From the NCBI GenBank assembly GCA_041600415.1, contig JBFIKF010000004.1:208327-272326 (forward strand): a DNA stretch of 64,000 bases. Direction: 5' to 3'. Below the pieces are notes generated by a model. It searched no databases and had not been told where the DNA came from. It was given only the letters and a program-made list of their open reading frames with translations. Positions within the stretch are counted from its first letter, which is position 1. Each line of letters opens with the position of its first letter. Shown here in pieces: positions 44,183 through 54,925 of this stretch. The stretch is from Porticoccaceae bacterium (GTDB taxonomy: Bacteria; Pseudomonadota; Gammaproteobacteria; Pseudomonadales; Porticoccaceae). The translations under genes and the position numbers were made by a program.

Positions 44183-46630
44183 ATGCATTTTCTCGTTCGG
44201 CTCACAAGATTTTTTTTCAAGTTACTGATCCCCGCCATGGGCGCCGGGCTGATCATGACCGCCAGCCTGTACATGTACCTTAGCCCCAAATTACCACCGG
44301 TGGAAACCCTCAAAACGGTAAAATTGCAAATACCTTTGAGAGTCTTCTCACAAGATTTACAACTAATTGGCGAATTTGGCGAAAATCGCCGCTCTCCCAT
44401 CAATTTCGAACAAATCCCTCCTTTATTTGTGCAGGCCATTCTTTCCGCCGAAGACGACGCCTTTTATACCCATATCGGCGTGGACTTCAAGGGCCTGCTG
44501 CGCGCCGCACTGGAGCTGGTTAGCACGGGTAGCATTCAATCGGGAGGCAGCACCATCACCATGCAGGTCGCGCGCAACTTCTTCTTAACCAGGGAACAAA
44601 GTTTTGTGCGCAAATTTAACGAAATTTTACTCGCGCTACGCATCGAAGACGAAATTTCCAAAAACGACATACTGACCTTGTACGCTAATAAAATTTACTT
44701 GGGTAACCGCGCCTATGGTGTACAGGCAGCCGCGCGCGTTTATTACGGTAAATCCATTGAGGAACTGAACTTACCCCAACTGGCCATGATCGCCGGATTG
44801 CCGAAGGCGCCCTCCACGTTCAACCCTCTGGCCAACCCCGAGCGGGCACTAGGGCGCCGCAACTGGATTCTCGCCCGCATGTATAAACTCGGGCACATCG
44901 ATAAAGCTACTTACACCGATGCGGTGATGGCGCCGGTTGATGCCAGTTATCATGGGCCGCTGGTGGACTTCGATGCGCCTTACATCGCAGAGATGGCACG
45001 CCAGGAGGCTATTGCGCAGCTCGGCCTGGAAGCCTACACCAACGGGTACTCCGTGATTACCACCATCGACAGCACGCTGCAGAAAAAAGCTGTGCAGGCT
45101 GTGCGTGCCGGACTACACGCCTACGATTGGCGGCACGGTTATCGCGGTCCGGAAAAAAACTTACCCGACCCCACCACCTGGCTTCCAACCCTGCGCCAGA
45201 CGCCAGCCTATGGAGAAACCCAACCCGCCATCGTCACCGCCCTGGACGACACGCAGATGTCGATACAACTGGCTGACGGCAGTAATGCCACCCTGGACTG
45301 GGATACCAGCCTGAAAGGTTTGCGCCGCTATGTGACCGAGAACAGTCGCAGCGCTCCCATCGCCACACCCAGCGATATATTCACCGTCGGCGATCTGGTG
45401 CGTGTGGTCGCCACGAATGGCCACTGGCAATTGACCCAGGTACCCGCGGCGGAAGCCGGGCTGGTGGCCCTGGCCCCGGAAAATGGCGCCATCAAGGCGC
45501 TGGTGGGCGGCTACGATTTTAACCGTAGCCATTTCAACCGCGTCACCCAGGGAGAACGCCAGCCAGGCTCCAACTTCAAACCATTTATTTACGCCACGGC
45601 GCTAACCAAGGGTATGACCGCGGCAACCGTAATCAACGATGCGCCCGTGGTATTCGACGATCCGGGGCTGGAGAGTGTGTGGCGCCCCGAAAACGACAGC
45701 GGCAAATTCTATGGCCCAACACGGTTGCGCACCGCGCTTTACCTGTCGCGCAATCTGGTCTCAATTCGCGTGCTGCGCAGCCTCGGCATCAAAAATGCCA
45801 TCCGCGGATTACAGAATTTCGGATTTAAAAGCGACGAGTTACCCAAGAATCTATCCCTCGCCCTTGGCACCCACGCCCTGACACCCATGAAAATTGCCAC
45901 GGGTTATACCGTATTTGCTAACGGCGGCTTTAAGGTTGAACCTTTTCTCATTGATCGCATCGACGACCAGGAAGGCAACACCGTGTATCGCGCCAACCCG
46001 ATCACGGTGTGCAACGACTGCGACGAGGTATTCGACACAAGTAATACCGATGGCAGTAACACGCCTACGGATAGCGAACCGCATCTGTCAGATCTTGCGG
46101 TCACAGACGCGACCGCCGCACCAACACCAGCATTAAGACCAGCGCCGCGGGTAATGGACGAGCGGGTCGTTTATATCGTCGACTCCATTCTCAAGGACGT
46201 TATTCGCCGGGGTACAGGCACCAAGGCCCAGGCACTCAAGCGCGGTGATCTGGCGGGTAAAACCGGAACCACCAATGGGCCTCGCGACGCGTGGTTTTCG
46301 GGATACAACCCCACCATCGTTACCACCGTCTGGGTTGGATTTGATGGCAACGAACCCCTCGGGAGAGGCGAATACGGTGGTTCTGCCGCACTGCCAATCT
46401 GGATGGATTTTATGGGCTCAGCCCTTGCGGGCAAACCCGAGACCTACCCACCACAGCCGGATGGTCTGGTGTCGGTACGCATCAATCCAGCCACCGGCCA
46501 GCGCGCGGCCCCCGGAGACACGGACGCCATATTTGAGTTATTTTTGAGAGAAAATGCGCCTCCGCCGCTCGCCAGCCACAGCACTCCTTCTGGACACCAG
46601 AGCGTACCGCTACCACAGGATATTTTCTAG
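44183..46630 (+). CDS. mrcA: Penicillin-binding protein 1A (bifunctional transglycosylase/transpeptidase)
   Basis: GT51 motifs SAEDDAFYTHIGVD and GSTITMQVARN. Transpeptidase motifs GSNFKP, SRN and KTGTT. The gene is divergent from pilM, as in Pseudomonas. I prefer the ATG at 44183. Confidence 0.93.
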   Translation: MHFLVRLTRFFFKLLIPAMGAGLIMTASLYMYLSPKLPPVETLKTVKLQIPLRVFSQDLQLIGEFGENRRSPINFEQIPPLFVQAILSAEDDAFYTHIGVDFKGLLRAALELVSTGSIQSGGSTITMQVARNFFLTREQSFVRKFNEILLALRIEDEISKNDILTLYANKIYLGNRAYGVQAAARVYYGKSIEELNLPQLAMIAGLPKAPSTFNPLANPERALGRRNWILARMYKLGHIDKATYTDAVMAPVDASYHGPLVDFDAPYIAEMARQEAIAQLGLEAYTNGYSVITTIDSTLQKKAVQAVRAGLHAYDWRHGYRGPEKNLPDPTTWLPTLRQTPAYGETQPAIVTALDDTQMSIQLADGSNATLDWDTSLKGLRRYVTENSRSAPIATPSDIFTVGDLVRVVATNGHWQLTQVPAAEAGLVALAPENGAIKALVGGYDFNRSHFNRVTQGERQPGSNFKPFIYATALTKGMTAATVINDAPVVFDDPGLESVWRPENDSGKFYGPTRLRTALYLSRNLVSIRVLRSLGIKNAIRGLQNFGFKSDELPKNLSLALGTHALTPMKIATGYTVFANGGFKVEPFLIDRIDDQEGNTVYRANPITVCNDCDEVFDTSNTDGSNTPTDSEPHLSDLAVTDATAAPTPALRPAPRVMDERVVYIVDSILKDVIRRGTGTKAQALKRGDLAGKTGTTNGPRDAWFSGYNPTIVTTVWVGFDGNEPLGRGEYGGSAALPIWMDFMGSALAGKPETYPPQPDGLVSVRINPATGQRAAPGDTDAIFELFLRENAPPPLASHSTPSGHQSVPLPQDIF

Positions 46631-47503
46631 CTAGCCTGCCGGGTCCAGGCCTTGCGGAGGCTTGTTCAACAGAGTTGACCAGGCAAACGTCTGGTCGCCG
46701 ACCACATAAAAGAATGGATTGAGTAATCCCTCTTTGGTGTTGTAGCGCATCGGCGCGAGATCAATATCCAGCACAGCACCACCTGCGGCCTCTACCACCG
46801 CCTGAGCAGCTGCGGTGTCCCACTCGCAGGTCAAGGCCAGGCGCGGATAAAAATCCGCCACGCCCTCCGCCACCAGACATAACTTTAATGAGCTACCCAT
46901 GGACACCGCACGCATGGAACCCAGTTGATCCGCAAGGCGCGCCAATAAGGCCTCTACTGTATCTGCTCCGTGCCGACGACTGGCCACCACCGTTACTTCC
47001 CCGGGTGGTGGTAACGGGCGCACCCGAATGGATCTACGCACCCCATCTACGTCCTTGAATGCGCCGGCTCCTGCCAGGCCAGCGTATACCACGCCGGTAA
47101 CCGGCACATAGACCACCCCCAGCACCGGAATGTGGTTTTCAATTAATGCAATATTGACGGTGAACTCGCCGTTGCGCTGAATAAACTCCTTGGTACCATC
47201 CAGCGGATCGACAATCCAATAACGCTGCCAACGGGCACGCTCGTGAAACGGCGGAATAACTCCCTCCTCCGACAGCACCGGGACATCGGGCAACAGATTG
47301 CGCAAGCCCGACACAAGCACCCCGTGAGCAGCCAGATCCGCCGCCGTTACCGGAGACTCATCGCTTTTGGTCTGCACATTAAATTGATCGCCATCATACA
47401 CGTCGAGAATTGCCTCTCCCGCCCGTTGCGCCAGCGTAATTATCTGCTCCAGCAACGCCCCGCGGCTCATTTCACCGCCCGTCTCGTTAGTGTTTTTTGT
47501 CAC
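46631..47503 (-). CDS. cysQ: 3'(2'),5'-bisphosphate nucleotidase
   Basis: Inositol monophosphatase-family motifs LSEE and WIVDPLDGTKEF. Confidence 0.85.
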   Translation of the reverse strand: MTKNTNETGGEMSRGALLEQIITLAQRAGEAILDVYDGDQFNVQTKSDESPVTAADLAAHGVLVSGLRNLLPDVPVLSEEGVIPPFHERARWQRYWIVDPLDGTKEFIQRNGEFTVNIALIENHIPVLGVVYVPVTGVVYAGLAGAGAFKDVDGVRRSIRVRPLPPPGEVTVVASRRHGADTVEALLARLADQLGSMRAVSMGSSLKLCLVAEGVADFYPRLALTCEWDTAAAQAVVEAAGGAVLDIDLAPMRYNTKEGLLNPFFYVVGDQTFAWSTLLNKPPQGLDPAG

Positions 47504-47534
47504 ACTTAAATCCTTCCCAGTTAATTGCGCTTAG

Positions 47535-48119
47535 TCACGAGTCGGCCTGTCGGCAGCCCTGTTCGTCCACAAGATCGCGCACCATATACAATGCGGCGAT
47601 GGACAGACTGTCCGACACATCCCCGCGCGCCACCAGTTCGCCCAGATCCGCCAACGGCCAGGTCATCACCTCCAGCGGTTCCGGTTCGTCGCCGGGCAGG
47701 GACGCAGGATACAAACCCTGCGCGAGCACGATATCAACAGTGCGCGACATGTACGACGGGGACAGGTGAATACTTTTGATAAAACTGAGCTGGCGCGCGC
47801 CATAGCCGGCCTCTTCTTGCAATTCGCGATTGGCCGCCGCCACATTTTGCTCTCCCGGGTCGATCGCCCCCTTGGGCAAGCCCCATTGATAGTCTTCGAT
47901 TCCCGCTGCGTATTCGCGCACCAGCACCACGGAGGCATCATCCAGTATCGGCACCACGACAACCGCCCCATATCCAGCGGAAGCCAGCCGCTCATAGATG
48001 CGTTCAACACCGTTACTAAAACGCAGTTCAAGCTGCTCCACCTTAAACAGGCGCGTACGCGCCACCGCCTGTCGCTGCAATATTTTCGGGACTTGCGTTG
48101 TGCTAGGATTGGACGACAT
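47535..48119 (-). CDS. nudE: Nudix hydrolase, ADP-compounds hydrolase NudE-like
   Basis: Nudix box GAIDPGEQNVAAANRELQEEAGY. The ATG at 48119 gives MSSNPSTTQ. The longer ORF-track form (to 48374) runs through the divergent neighbour's start region. Confidence 0.8.
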   Translation of the reverse strand: MSSNPSTTQVPKILQRQAVARTRLFKVEQLELRFSNGVERIYERLASAGYGAVVVVPILDDASVVLVREYAAGIEDYQWGLPKGAIDPGEQNVAAANRELQEEAGYGARQLSFIKSIHLSPSYMSRTVDIVLAQGLYPASLPGDEPEPLEVMTWPLADLGELVARGDVSDSLSIAALYMVRDLVDEQGCRQADS

Positions 48120-48160
48120 GTTACGCAACCTGCCACATTGACTTTCGAGTATTATCCGCA

Positions 48161-48850
48161 ATGATTGACTGGAGCGCCATCGACACCGTTTTCCTCGATA
48201 TGGACGGCACCCTGCTCGATCTGCATTTTGATAACTTTTTCTGGCGCCACCACCTGCCTCGCCGCTACGCCGAACACCACGATCTCGATCCTGCACAGGC
48301 CCTCGAGCAGCTGCTGAAGCAGTTTGCGAGCAAGCAGGGCACCCTCGACTGGTATTGCACCGATTACTGGTCACACACGCTGGCAGTGGATATACCAGCC
48401 CTTAAGCGCGAAGTGAGCCACCTGATTGCCGAGCGACCTCAGGTGCGGCGCTTTCTGCAACAGCTCGGTGAGGAACATCGCTCGCGCATTCTGATTACCA
48501 ATGCGCACCGCCAGAGCCTTAATCTGAAACTCGATATTACCGGCATCGACGTCCTGCTCGATCAGGTGATTTCTTCCCACGATTACGGTGCACCAAAAGA
48601 GTCTCAAATTTTCTGGCAGCAACTCACCACGCAGGTAACCTTTGATCCTGCACGCTCCCTGTTTATCGACGACAGCGAAGCCGTACTGCGTGCCGCTCGA
48701 GCGTATGGCATAAAACAGCTGGTTTGTATTCGCCAGCCAGACAGCAGGCAGGCCCCGCGGGGAAACCTTGAATTCCCGGCAATCGATCACTTTGATGAAC
48801 TGTTGGCCACACCCTGCAACGACGACCTGCGCGGCACCGGGACAGGCTAA
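48161..48850 (+). CDS. HAD-superfamily hydrolase (YrfG-like nucleotidase)
   Basis: Motif I VFLDMDGTLLD and motif IV-like LFIDDS. Its position before hslR-hslO matches E. coli yrfG. Confidence 0.75.
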   Translation: MIDWSAIDTVFLDMDGTLLDLHFDNFFWRHHLPRRYAEHHDLDPAQALEQLLKQFASKQGTLDWYCTDYWSHTLAVDIPALKREVSHLIAERPQVRRFLQQLGEEHRSRILITNAHRQSLNLKLDITGIDVLLDQVISSHDYGAPKESQIFWQQLTTQVTFDPARSLFIDDSEAVLRAARAYGIKQLVCIRQPDSRQAPRGNLEFPAIDHFDELLATPCNDDLRGTGTG

Positions 48851-48861
48851 TAAATACGCCA

Positions 48862-49257
48862 TTGATTATGGAAAAAATACGAGTCGATAAATGGTTGTGG
48901 GCGGCGCGTTTTTTTAAAACTCGGGCGCTGGTCAAAGGCGCGATTGAGGGCGGTAAAGTTACCATGGACGGGCAGCGCATCAAACCGAGTCGCGAAATTA
49001 AGGTCGGCGCGATATTGGAGATTCACCAGGGCCGGGACCAGAAAACCGTGGTTGTCGCGGCACTCTCGGAACAACGTAGAGGTGCCCCCGAAGCCCAGCT
49101 TCTGTATACCGAAACCCCGCATAGTATCACCAGGCGACAACAGCATATGGCACTGCGCAGCGCGGCGCGGGACGGTCACCAACCGCCCCAACGACGACCC
49201 ACAAAAAAACAGCGTCGCCAGTTACACCAATTTCAAAATAACGCCCACGACCAATAG
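48862..49257 (+). CDS. hslR: Ribosome-associated heat shock protein Hsp15 (S4 domain)
   Basis: RVDKWLWAARFFKTRALVKGAIEGGKV S4-like motif and a basic C-terminal tail. Confidence 0.88.
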   Translation: MIMEKIRVDKWLWAARFFKTRALVKGAIEGGKVTMDGQRIKPSREIKVGAILEIHQGRDQKTVVVAALSEQRRGAPEAQLLYTETPHSITRRQQHMALRSAARDGHQPPQRRPTKKQRRQLHQFQNNAHDQ

Positions 49258-49356
49258 TTGTAAATACAAAATGTAGTACCATAAGTCGCCAATGTACCCA
49301 GGCACAGCTGCCGGGCTTTAGCCCGGCACCCCGCCGCCGATACCCTACACCAGGCC

Positions 49357-50256
49357 ATGCCAATACCTGAATCCGATATTCTGCAACGTTTTATCTTTGT
49401 CGATAGCGACGTGCGTGGAGAAATCATCTCGCTGGAGGCGAGCTACCGGACAGCGCTCCAGCATCGCTCCCACACAGACGCGGTGCAATCCCTGATCGGT
49501 CAGTTTATGGCCGCGGTTGGGTTGCTCGGCGCCACATTAAAATTTGACGGCACTATTACCCTACAGGCCCGGGGCGGCGACGGCCCGCTCGCGTTGATTA
49601 TGGCGGATTGCTCTCACCATCAGGATCTGCGGGCCATTGCACAACTAAGAGACGGCATTCAGCCTGGCGCTAACGATTCCATAGACGACCACGATATTCG
49701 CCAGCTTATAGGCAACGGGCATCTGGCCGTCACCATCGATCCGCAGCAAGGGTCGCGCTACCAGGGCGTCGTCCCCCTGGAGCAAAGCCGCCTCGATCGC
49801 TGCCTCGAAGAGTATTTCGAGCGCTCCGAACAACTACCCACCCGCCTGTGGATTACTGCGGACGGCCAGCGTGCCGCAGGTCTGTTGCTGCAGGCATTGC
49901 CACTTAAGATGCAAAGCTTTGCGCAGCGCCAGGAAACCTGGGAGCGGCTCACCAGCCTCGCACACACCATCAGCGCAGTGGAACAGTTGACTCTGAGCCA
50001 TCAGCAACAGCTGCACCGCCTGTTCCATCAGGAGACCATGCGCCTGTTTACGCCACGCTCGTTGCGCTTTGTCTGTACCTGCTCGCGGGAGCGCACCGCT
50101 AACATGCTGGTCAACCTGGGCCGCGGCGAGATTCAAGCCATGCTGGCGGAAAATCCGACCATCGAAGTTACTTGCCAGTTCTGTCACTTCATCTACGTAT
50201 TTACCCCTGCAGATGCCGACACCATACTGGCTGCCGCCAGTCCGGTCCTGCACTGA
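49357..50256 (+). CDS. hslO: Redox-regulated chaperone Hsp33
   Basis: C-terminal zinc centre CTCSRER ... CQFCHFIY. Confidence 0.92.
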   Translation: MPIPESDILQRFIFVDSDVRGEIISLEASYRTALQHRSHTDAVQSLIGQFMAAVGLLGATLKFDGTITLQARGGDGPLALIMADCSHHQDLRAIAQLRDGIQPGANDSIDDHDIRQLIGNGHLAVTIDPQQGSRYQGVVPLEQSRLDRCLEEYFERSEQLPTRLWITADGQRAAGLLLQALPLKMQSFAQRQETWERLTSLAHTISAVEQLTLSHQQQLHRLFHQETMRLFTPRSLRFVCTCSRERTANMLVNLGRGEIQAMLAENPTIEVTCQFCHFIYVFTPADADTILAAASPVLH

Positions 50257-50537
50257 CAGGGTGATAGATGTCGGCCTGGTTGGACAGAAACTCGCGTTTC
50301 GCCCCCGCTACCTTTTCTGGCATAATTGGCAGCCGTTTTTCTGGACCGATTTCGCCTGGTGAATAGCCCTACACTTTTTCCCTTGTGCGCTGCGGCGAAC
50401 TTCCAGTTGGGGCGGCCCCTGGAACGTCTGCGGTGCGACCGTCCAAGCGACGGCTTGCATCGTGCTCCGAGCCCTGACTGGCTGAACAAAACTAATCTGG
50501 ACTATCCTTTTTTGAACTTTCCACAGGATTGATACTA

Positions 50538-52100
50538 ATGACGCAAATCGAAGATTCTGCGGTTAATGTCTACACTGACCTCAGCCACGCGGAGCTCATC
50601 GAACTGGCTTTGCAGCGCAAAGAAGGCATACTTACCAACACGGGCGCGCTGCTCACAACCACCGGCAAACATACCGGCCGCTCCCCGGCTGACCGTTATA
50701 TTGTCGACGAACCAAGCAGCACCGACGCCATCGCCTGGGGCCCGGTCAATCGCCCATTTCCCGCAGACGCCTTCAACGCCCTCTGGGCGCGGGTCGACGC
50801 TTACCTGATCGACCGGGATCGCTTTGTCACCCACCTGCACGTGGGCCAGGATCCGGAACACTATTTACCGGTTACGGTCACCACCGAAACCGCCTGGCAT
50901 TCTCTGTTTGCACGCAATATGTTTATCCGCGCTGAGAAATTTAATCCCGCTGGTAAAGAAAAATGGAAAATACTGCACGCCGCGAACTTCGCCTGCGACC
51001 CCGCGCGCGACGGAACTAACAGTACCGGTGCGGTGATACTGAATTTCGCGCAGCGCAAAGTGCTGATCGCCGGCATGAAGTACGCTGGTGAAATGAAAAA
51101 AGCCATGTTTTCAGTGCAGAACTTTCTGCTCCCGGAAAAAGATGTTATGCCGATGCACTGTGCGGCGAACGTCGGCTCGGAAGGCGATGTCGCGCTGTTT
51201 TTCGGGCTGTCTGGCACCGGCAAGACGACCCTGTCCGCCGACCCCGACCGCTATCTGATTGGCGACGACGAACACGGCTGGGCGAAAGGTGCGGTATTCA
51301 ATGTGGAGGGTGGTTGCTACGCCAAAACCATTAACCTGAGCCAGAAAAATGAACCCGTAATCTGGGACGCTATCCGTTTTGGCGCCATCGTTGAGAATGT
51401 TGTTGCCAACGGGCAGCGCGTTGCCGACTACGACGACACCACGCTGACTGAAAACGGACGTTGTAGCTATCCCCTCGAGCACGTGCAAATGCGCACTGCC
51501 GAGAATCGGGGCGGGGAACCCAAAAACATTCTTTTTCTGACCTGTGACGTTACTGGCGTACTGCCCCCGGTATCGATCCTGTCCAAGGAAGCGGCTGCGT
51601 ATCACTTCCTGAGCGGCTATACCGCACGGGTGGGCTCCACCGAACTGGGAGCGGAAGCGGGTATCAATCCAACCTTTTCCACCTGTTTTGGCGCACCATT
51701 CATGCCCAGACCTGCCGGCGTATACGCGGAATTGCTGATGAAACGCATCGCGGACTTTGACAGCCGGGTATATCTGGTAAACACCGGCTGGACGGGAGGT
51801 GCCGGAGGTGCGGGCGGCACAGGTTCGCGGTTTCCCATCCCGGTTACTCGCGCCATCGTGGCAGCTATTCAGAACAACGCGTTGCACAACGTGCCAACGC
51901 AAAAGCTCCCGCTACTAAATCTGGAAATTCCTACCGCCGTGCCGGGCGTCGACGCAAAATACCTGAACCCCCGCGACGCCTGGGGCGATACCGCCGCCTA
52001 CGACGCGCAAGCCACCAAGTTGGCCACCCTGTTTATCGAAAACTTCAAAAAATTTGCGGTCTCTGACGAAATCACCCAGAGCGGACCTCGTCTGGACTAG
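50538..52100 (+). CDS. pckA: Phosphoenolpyruvate carboxykinase (ATP)
   Basis: Kinase-1a motif [19 protein letters not shown] and CYAKTINL. Confidence 0.95.
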   Translation: MTQIEDSAVNVYTDLSHAELIELALQRKEGILTNTGALLTTTGKHTGRSPADRYIVDEPSSTDAIAWGPVNRPFPADAFNALWARVDAYLIDRDRFVTHLHVGQDPEHYLPVTVTTETAWHSLFARNMFIRAEKFNPAGKEKWKILHAANFACDPARDGTNSTGAVILNFAQRKVLIAGMKYAGEMKKAMFSVQNFLLPEKDVMPMHCAANVGSEGDVALFFGLSGTGKTTLSADPDRYLIGDDEHGWAKGAVFNVEGGCYAKTINLSQKNEPVIWDAIRFGAIVENVVANGQRVADYDDTTLTENGRCSYPLEHVQMRTAENRGGEPKNILFLTCDVTGVLPPVSILSKEAAAYHFLSGYTARVGSTELGAEAGINPTFSTCFGAPFMPRPAGVYAELLMKRIADFDSRVYLVNTGWTGGAGGAGGTGSRFPIPVTRAIVAAIQNNALHNVPTQKLPLLNLEIPTAVPGVDAKYLNPRDAWGDTAAYDAQATKLATLFIENFKKFAVSDEITQSGPRLD

Positions 52101-52271
52101 AATCCCCTGGGTAAACCGCGGCGCACTCGACCGTCGCGCCTGTCGGAGCGCCTGAACTAGAAGTAATGTAGTCACCAAGGGTAACGTCTGGCGGCGCTAT
52201 GGCGCAGGCCGACAGACTGTTTGACTGCCTGATCCCGTTGCGCTGCTGCCCTGCGGCCGATTTGCGCAATT

Positions 52272-53516
52272 TTATACGTCGATTGTTTTTCCGCCAGCAG
52301 TACCTTCCGCTGGGGTGTATATGGCCAGCCCCTGGCGATAACATTCCTGGCTTTTTTCCACTTCGCCAAGCTCGACGAGAATCGCGGCCAACTCGGCATA
52401 GGCTTCCGGGCGCTGCTGCAGGCGTAACGAAGCCTCCAGAAAATCCCGTCCCTTGCCCCACAATCCGGCACGCCGACTCAGCCGTCCGAGGGTCAGCAGC
52501 AAATCTGGATCGTCCGGATGGGATCGCAACCAGCCTTCGGCAACTGTCAGTTGCCTGATCCCATCAACCTTACGCAACTCGCCGTAGAGCCTGATAAAAC
52601 GCGGCTCCCAACCATCGCCTTTTAGATAACCCCGCAGCAGGGATTCCGCCTGTAAAGACTCGCCGACATGCTCCAACGCGCTGGCGCAAGCGAAAATCAG
52701 ATCGGGATGGCGCCGCAGCTGACGGGGCACTTCTGACCACAACCGCAGCACAGCTTCCCCGGCATGTGAGTCGCCGACCGCAGCCTGTTTGGCCCGCGTG
52801 GCATCCAGCAGGTTACGATAATATTTCACTTCCAGTTCCTGCAACGCGGGTTTGGATTTAACCTTGTAACGCCGCAAATCTGGTAACAGCTTGCCGAGAC
52901 TCTCCTGATCACCGCTGGCTTCATAGGCATGAGCCATGAATGCCAGCACCTGAGTATGGTGTGGCTTACGTGCATGCAGTTCGTGCAGCAGAGTCACCGC
53001 TTCCGACAGCCGAGCTTGCCTTATCAACATCTTGGCCTGGGTCAAACCAGCTATCCAGTCGGCTTCGCTCCCCAACAAACTGGCCTTTGCCAACCAGCGC
53101 TCGGCTGCATCTTTCTGTCCCAGTTCGACAGCAGCCTGTGCGGCCACCACAAAATTTACCAACTGCATATCCGAGGCGGGCGCTGCCTTGCCCAGATATT
53201 TTTGCGCGGCGGCCCATTGTCCTGACACAAACGCTTCCAGTCCGCGCCGGGTCAGAGTCCGACTTTTCTTGAGTGCGCGGCCCTTGCGCTGCCCCCACAG
53301 GACGGCGAACGGCCCAAATATTGCGCCCAGTAAACGGCGCACTAACCACACCACGAACCACAGCACGAATAACGACAACACCACCAGCCACAGGTTGGCC
53401 TGCAGGGCGAAATTATCGATGGAGATCAAAATAAAACCCTGCTTATTCTGCATCAGCCAGTACAACAGGCCGCCCAGGCACAGGGCAATCGCGATCACCA
53501 GCACACGCTTCATCAT
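52272..53516 (-). CDS. hemY: HemY-like TPR membrane protein
   Basis: Two N-terminal TM helices followed by TPR repeats. The position after hemX matches hemCDXY. Confidence 0.8.
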   Translation of the reverse strand: MMKRVLVIAIALCLGGLLYWLMQNKQGFILISIDNFALQANLWLVVLSLFVLWFVVWLVRRLLGAIFGPFAVLWGQRKGRALKKSRTLTRRGLEAFVSGQWAAAQKYLGKAAPASDMQLVNFVVAAQAAVELGQKDAAERWLAKASLLGSEADWIAGLTQAKMLIRQARLSEAVTLLHELHARKPHHTQVLAFMAHAYEASGDQESLGKLLPDLRRYKVKSKPALQELEVKYYRNLLDATRAKQAAVGDSHAGEAVLRLWSEVPRQLRRHPDLIFACASALEHVGESLQAESLLRGYLKGDGWEPRFIRLYGELRKVDGIRQLTVAEGWLRSHPDDPDLLLTLGRLSRRAGLWGKGRDFLEASLRLQQRPEAYAELAAILVELGEVEKSQECYRQGLAIYTPAEGTAGGKTIDV

Positions 53517-54760
53517 GGTGTTGCGCCCACCGCAGACTTACGTGTCTCCCGCTTGCGTAGATAGTGTCGTAGCGCCTCCAGTGATCCGGAAATATCCGGC
53601 AGCTGTTGCGCGACCTCCCGTGCTTGCAAGTCCTGCAACTGGGTAATTAGCACCTGCGCGCCCGGATTCAACTGATAGTAGGTTTGCAGCCATTGCTCGG
53701 CCTTTTGCAGACTCGCCACATAGACCACCTGCTCCTCGCGCAACAATGCCAGTTCAGCCTGCTCAAGGGCGAGGCGCAAGCTGTGATTGAGCAACAATTC
53801 CTGGTCCGCGGACAACATCGGCGTCATCGGCCTGTCGAGTGTACGGATCGTCAGATAACCCTCTGAAAACCGTCGCAGGGCCTGTCGGGCATTGGCGAGC
53901 AACCTGGTATACCAGCGCGGCTGTGGTTGCGGCGCAGCCTCTGCAGACGCGGACCCAGACCCGTCGCCCGAAGACTCTTCTGCTGGCGCTACAGGCGCTG
54001 GTGTTGCGGTATCTGTGAGCCTGGGCAACGACTGTAATTTAGCGACCGCTTCACCCAGGGCCACAAGTTGCAGATACAGCCCTTCCCGATCGACTGTCGC
54101 AGCAAGCCGCAACGCGCTGACATCCTGGGCAAGCGCCTTGCGCACGGCAAACAAACCGGCATCGCCAACTTCAGCAAAAATATTATCGCTGCGCTCAAGT
54201 AGCGCCAGTGCTGCGTCAGGCTGCCGTTCACTGAGCAGTCGCTGATTAGCGAGACGTAGCAGAAATTCCGCCTCCGCCAGTATCAAATCTTCGCGGCCGG
54301 AAGCGGACATATCCTGTAGCGCTTCTTCCTGACTGGCCAGACGTGCCTCCAGCGCGTCGCTGTGCGCCACCTGCGCGCTGAACTGCTGCGCCCAGTCCTG
54401 AAATTGGTGCTCTAATTGTCTCTGTAACCCGTCCAGTTGCCCCTGCTGCTGTTCGAGCAGGGTAGCAAGCCCCTGTTTCGAACTACCCGGACCAGTTTGT
54501 TGCCACCATTGCCAACCAAAATACCCGCCGCCGACCAGCCCAGCCAGTAACAGCAGCAGCGCTATTTTTCCCCAGACACCGACGCCACCGGACTTTTCCG
54601 CCCCCGGCTGTTGTACCGTCCCAGTTTGCACGGGCGCGCCACCTTGCTCAGATTCCTCTCCAACGGCCTGTTGAGCAAGATCGGGAGCAGTATTGTTGTC
54701 GCTGTTCTCACCGCCGGGTGGCGTAGTCGCGGTAGTATCTGTTTCGTTTGGGTTGTCCAC
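53513..54760 (-). CDS. hemX: HemX-like membrane protein
   Basis: Low-complexity acidic N-terminus, one TM segment (IALLLLLAGLVGGGYF) and a long coiled coil. It overlaps hemY by 4 nt. Confidence 0.75.
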   Translation of the reverse strand: MDNPNETDTTATTPPGGENSDNNTAPDLAQQAVGEESEQGGAPVQTGTVQQPGAEKSGGVGVWGKIALLLLLAGLVGGGYFGWQWWQQTGPGSSKQGLATLLEQQQGQLDGLQRQLEHQFQDWAQQFSAQVAHSDALEARLASQEEALQDMSASGREDLILAEAEFLLRLANQRLLSERQPDAALALLERSDNIFAEVGDAGLFAVRKALAQDVSALRLAATVDREGLYLQLVALGEAVAKLQSLPRLTDTATPAPVAPAEESSGDGSGSASAEAAPQPQPRWYTRLLANARQALRRFSEGYLTIRTLDRPMTPMLSADQELLLNHSLRLALEQAELALLREEQVVYVASLQKAEQWLQTYYQLNPGAQVLITQLQDLQAREVAQQLPDISGSLEALRHYLRKRETRKSAVGATP

Positions 54761-54864
54761 AAGGAATATCCTGAATTCACTTCATCAACAATCGTTTTTT
54801 GGTCCACAACCACTGGCCACACTGTGCCGCCGACCAACGCCCCTTTTGAACTGCTACGACGCGC

Positions 54865-54889
54865 TAAAAAATGCCGTTAACCCGACGGC
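54865..54889 (-). terminator. Possible weak intrinsic terminator between hemD and hemX
   Basis: On the minus strand, GCCGU-cggguua-ACGGC (5-bp stem) is followed by AUUUUUUAG. Confidence 0.35.
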
Positions 54890-54925
54890 GCATTACCTTC
54901 GTTCGCACTACAGAAGTGCCGTAGC

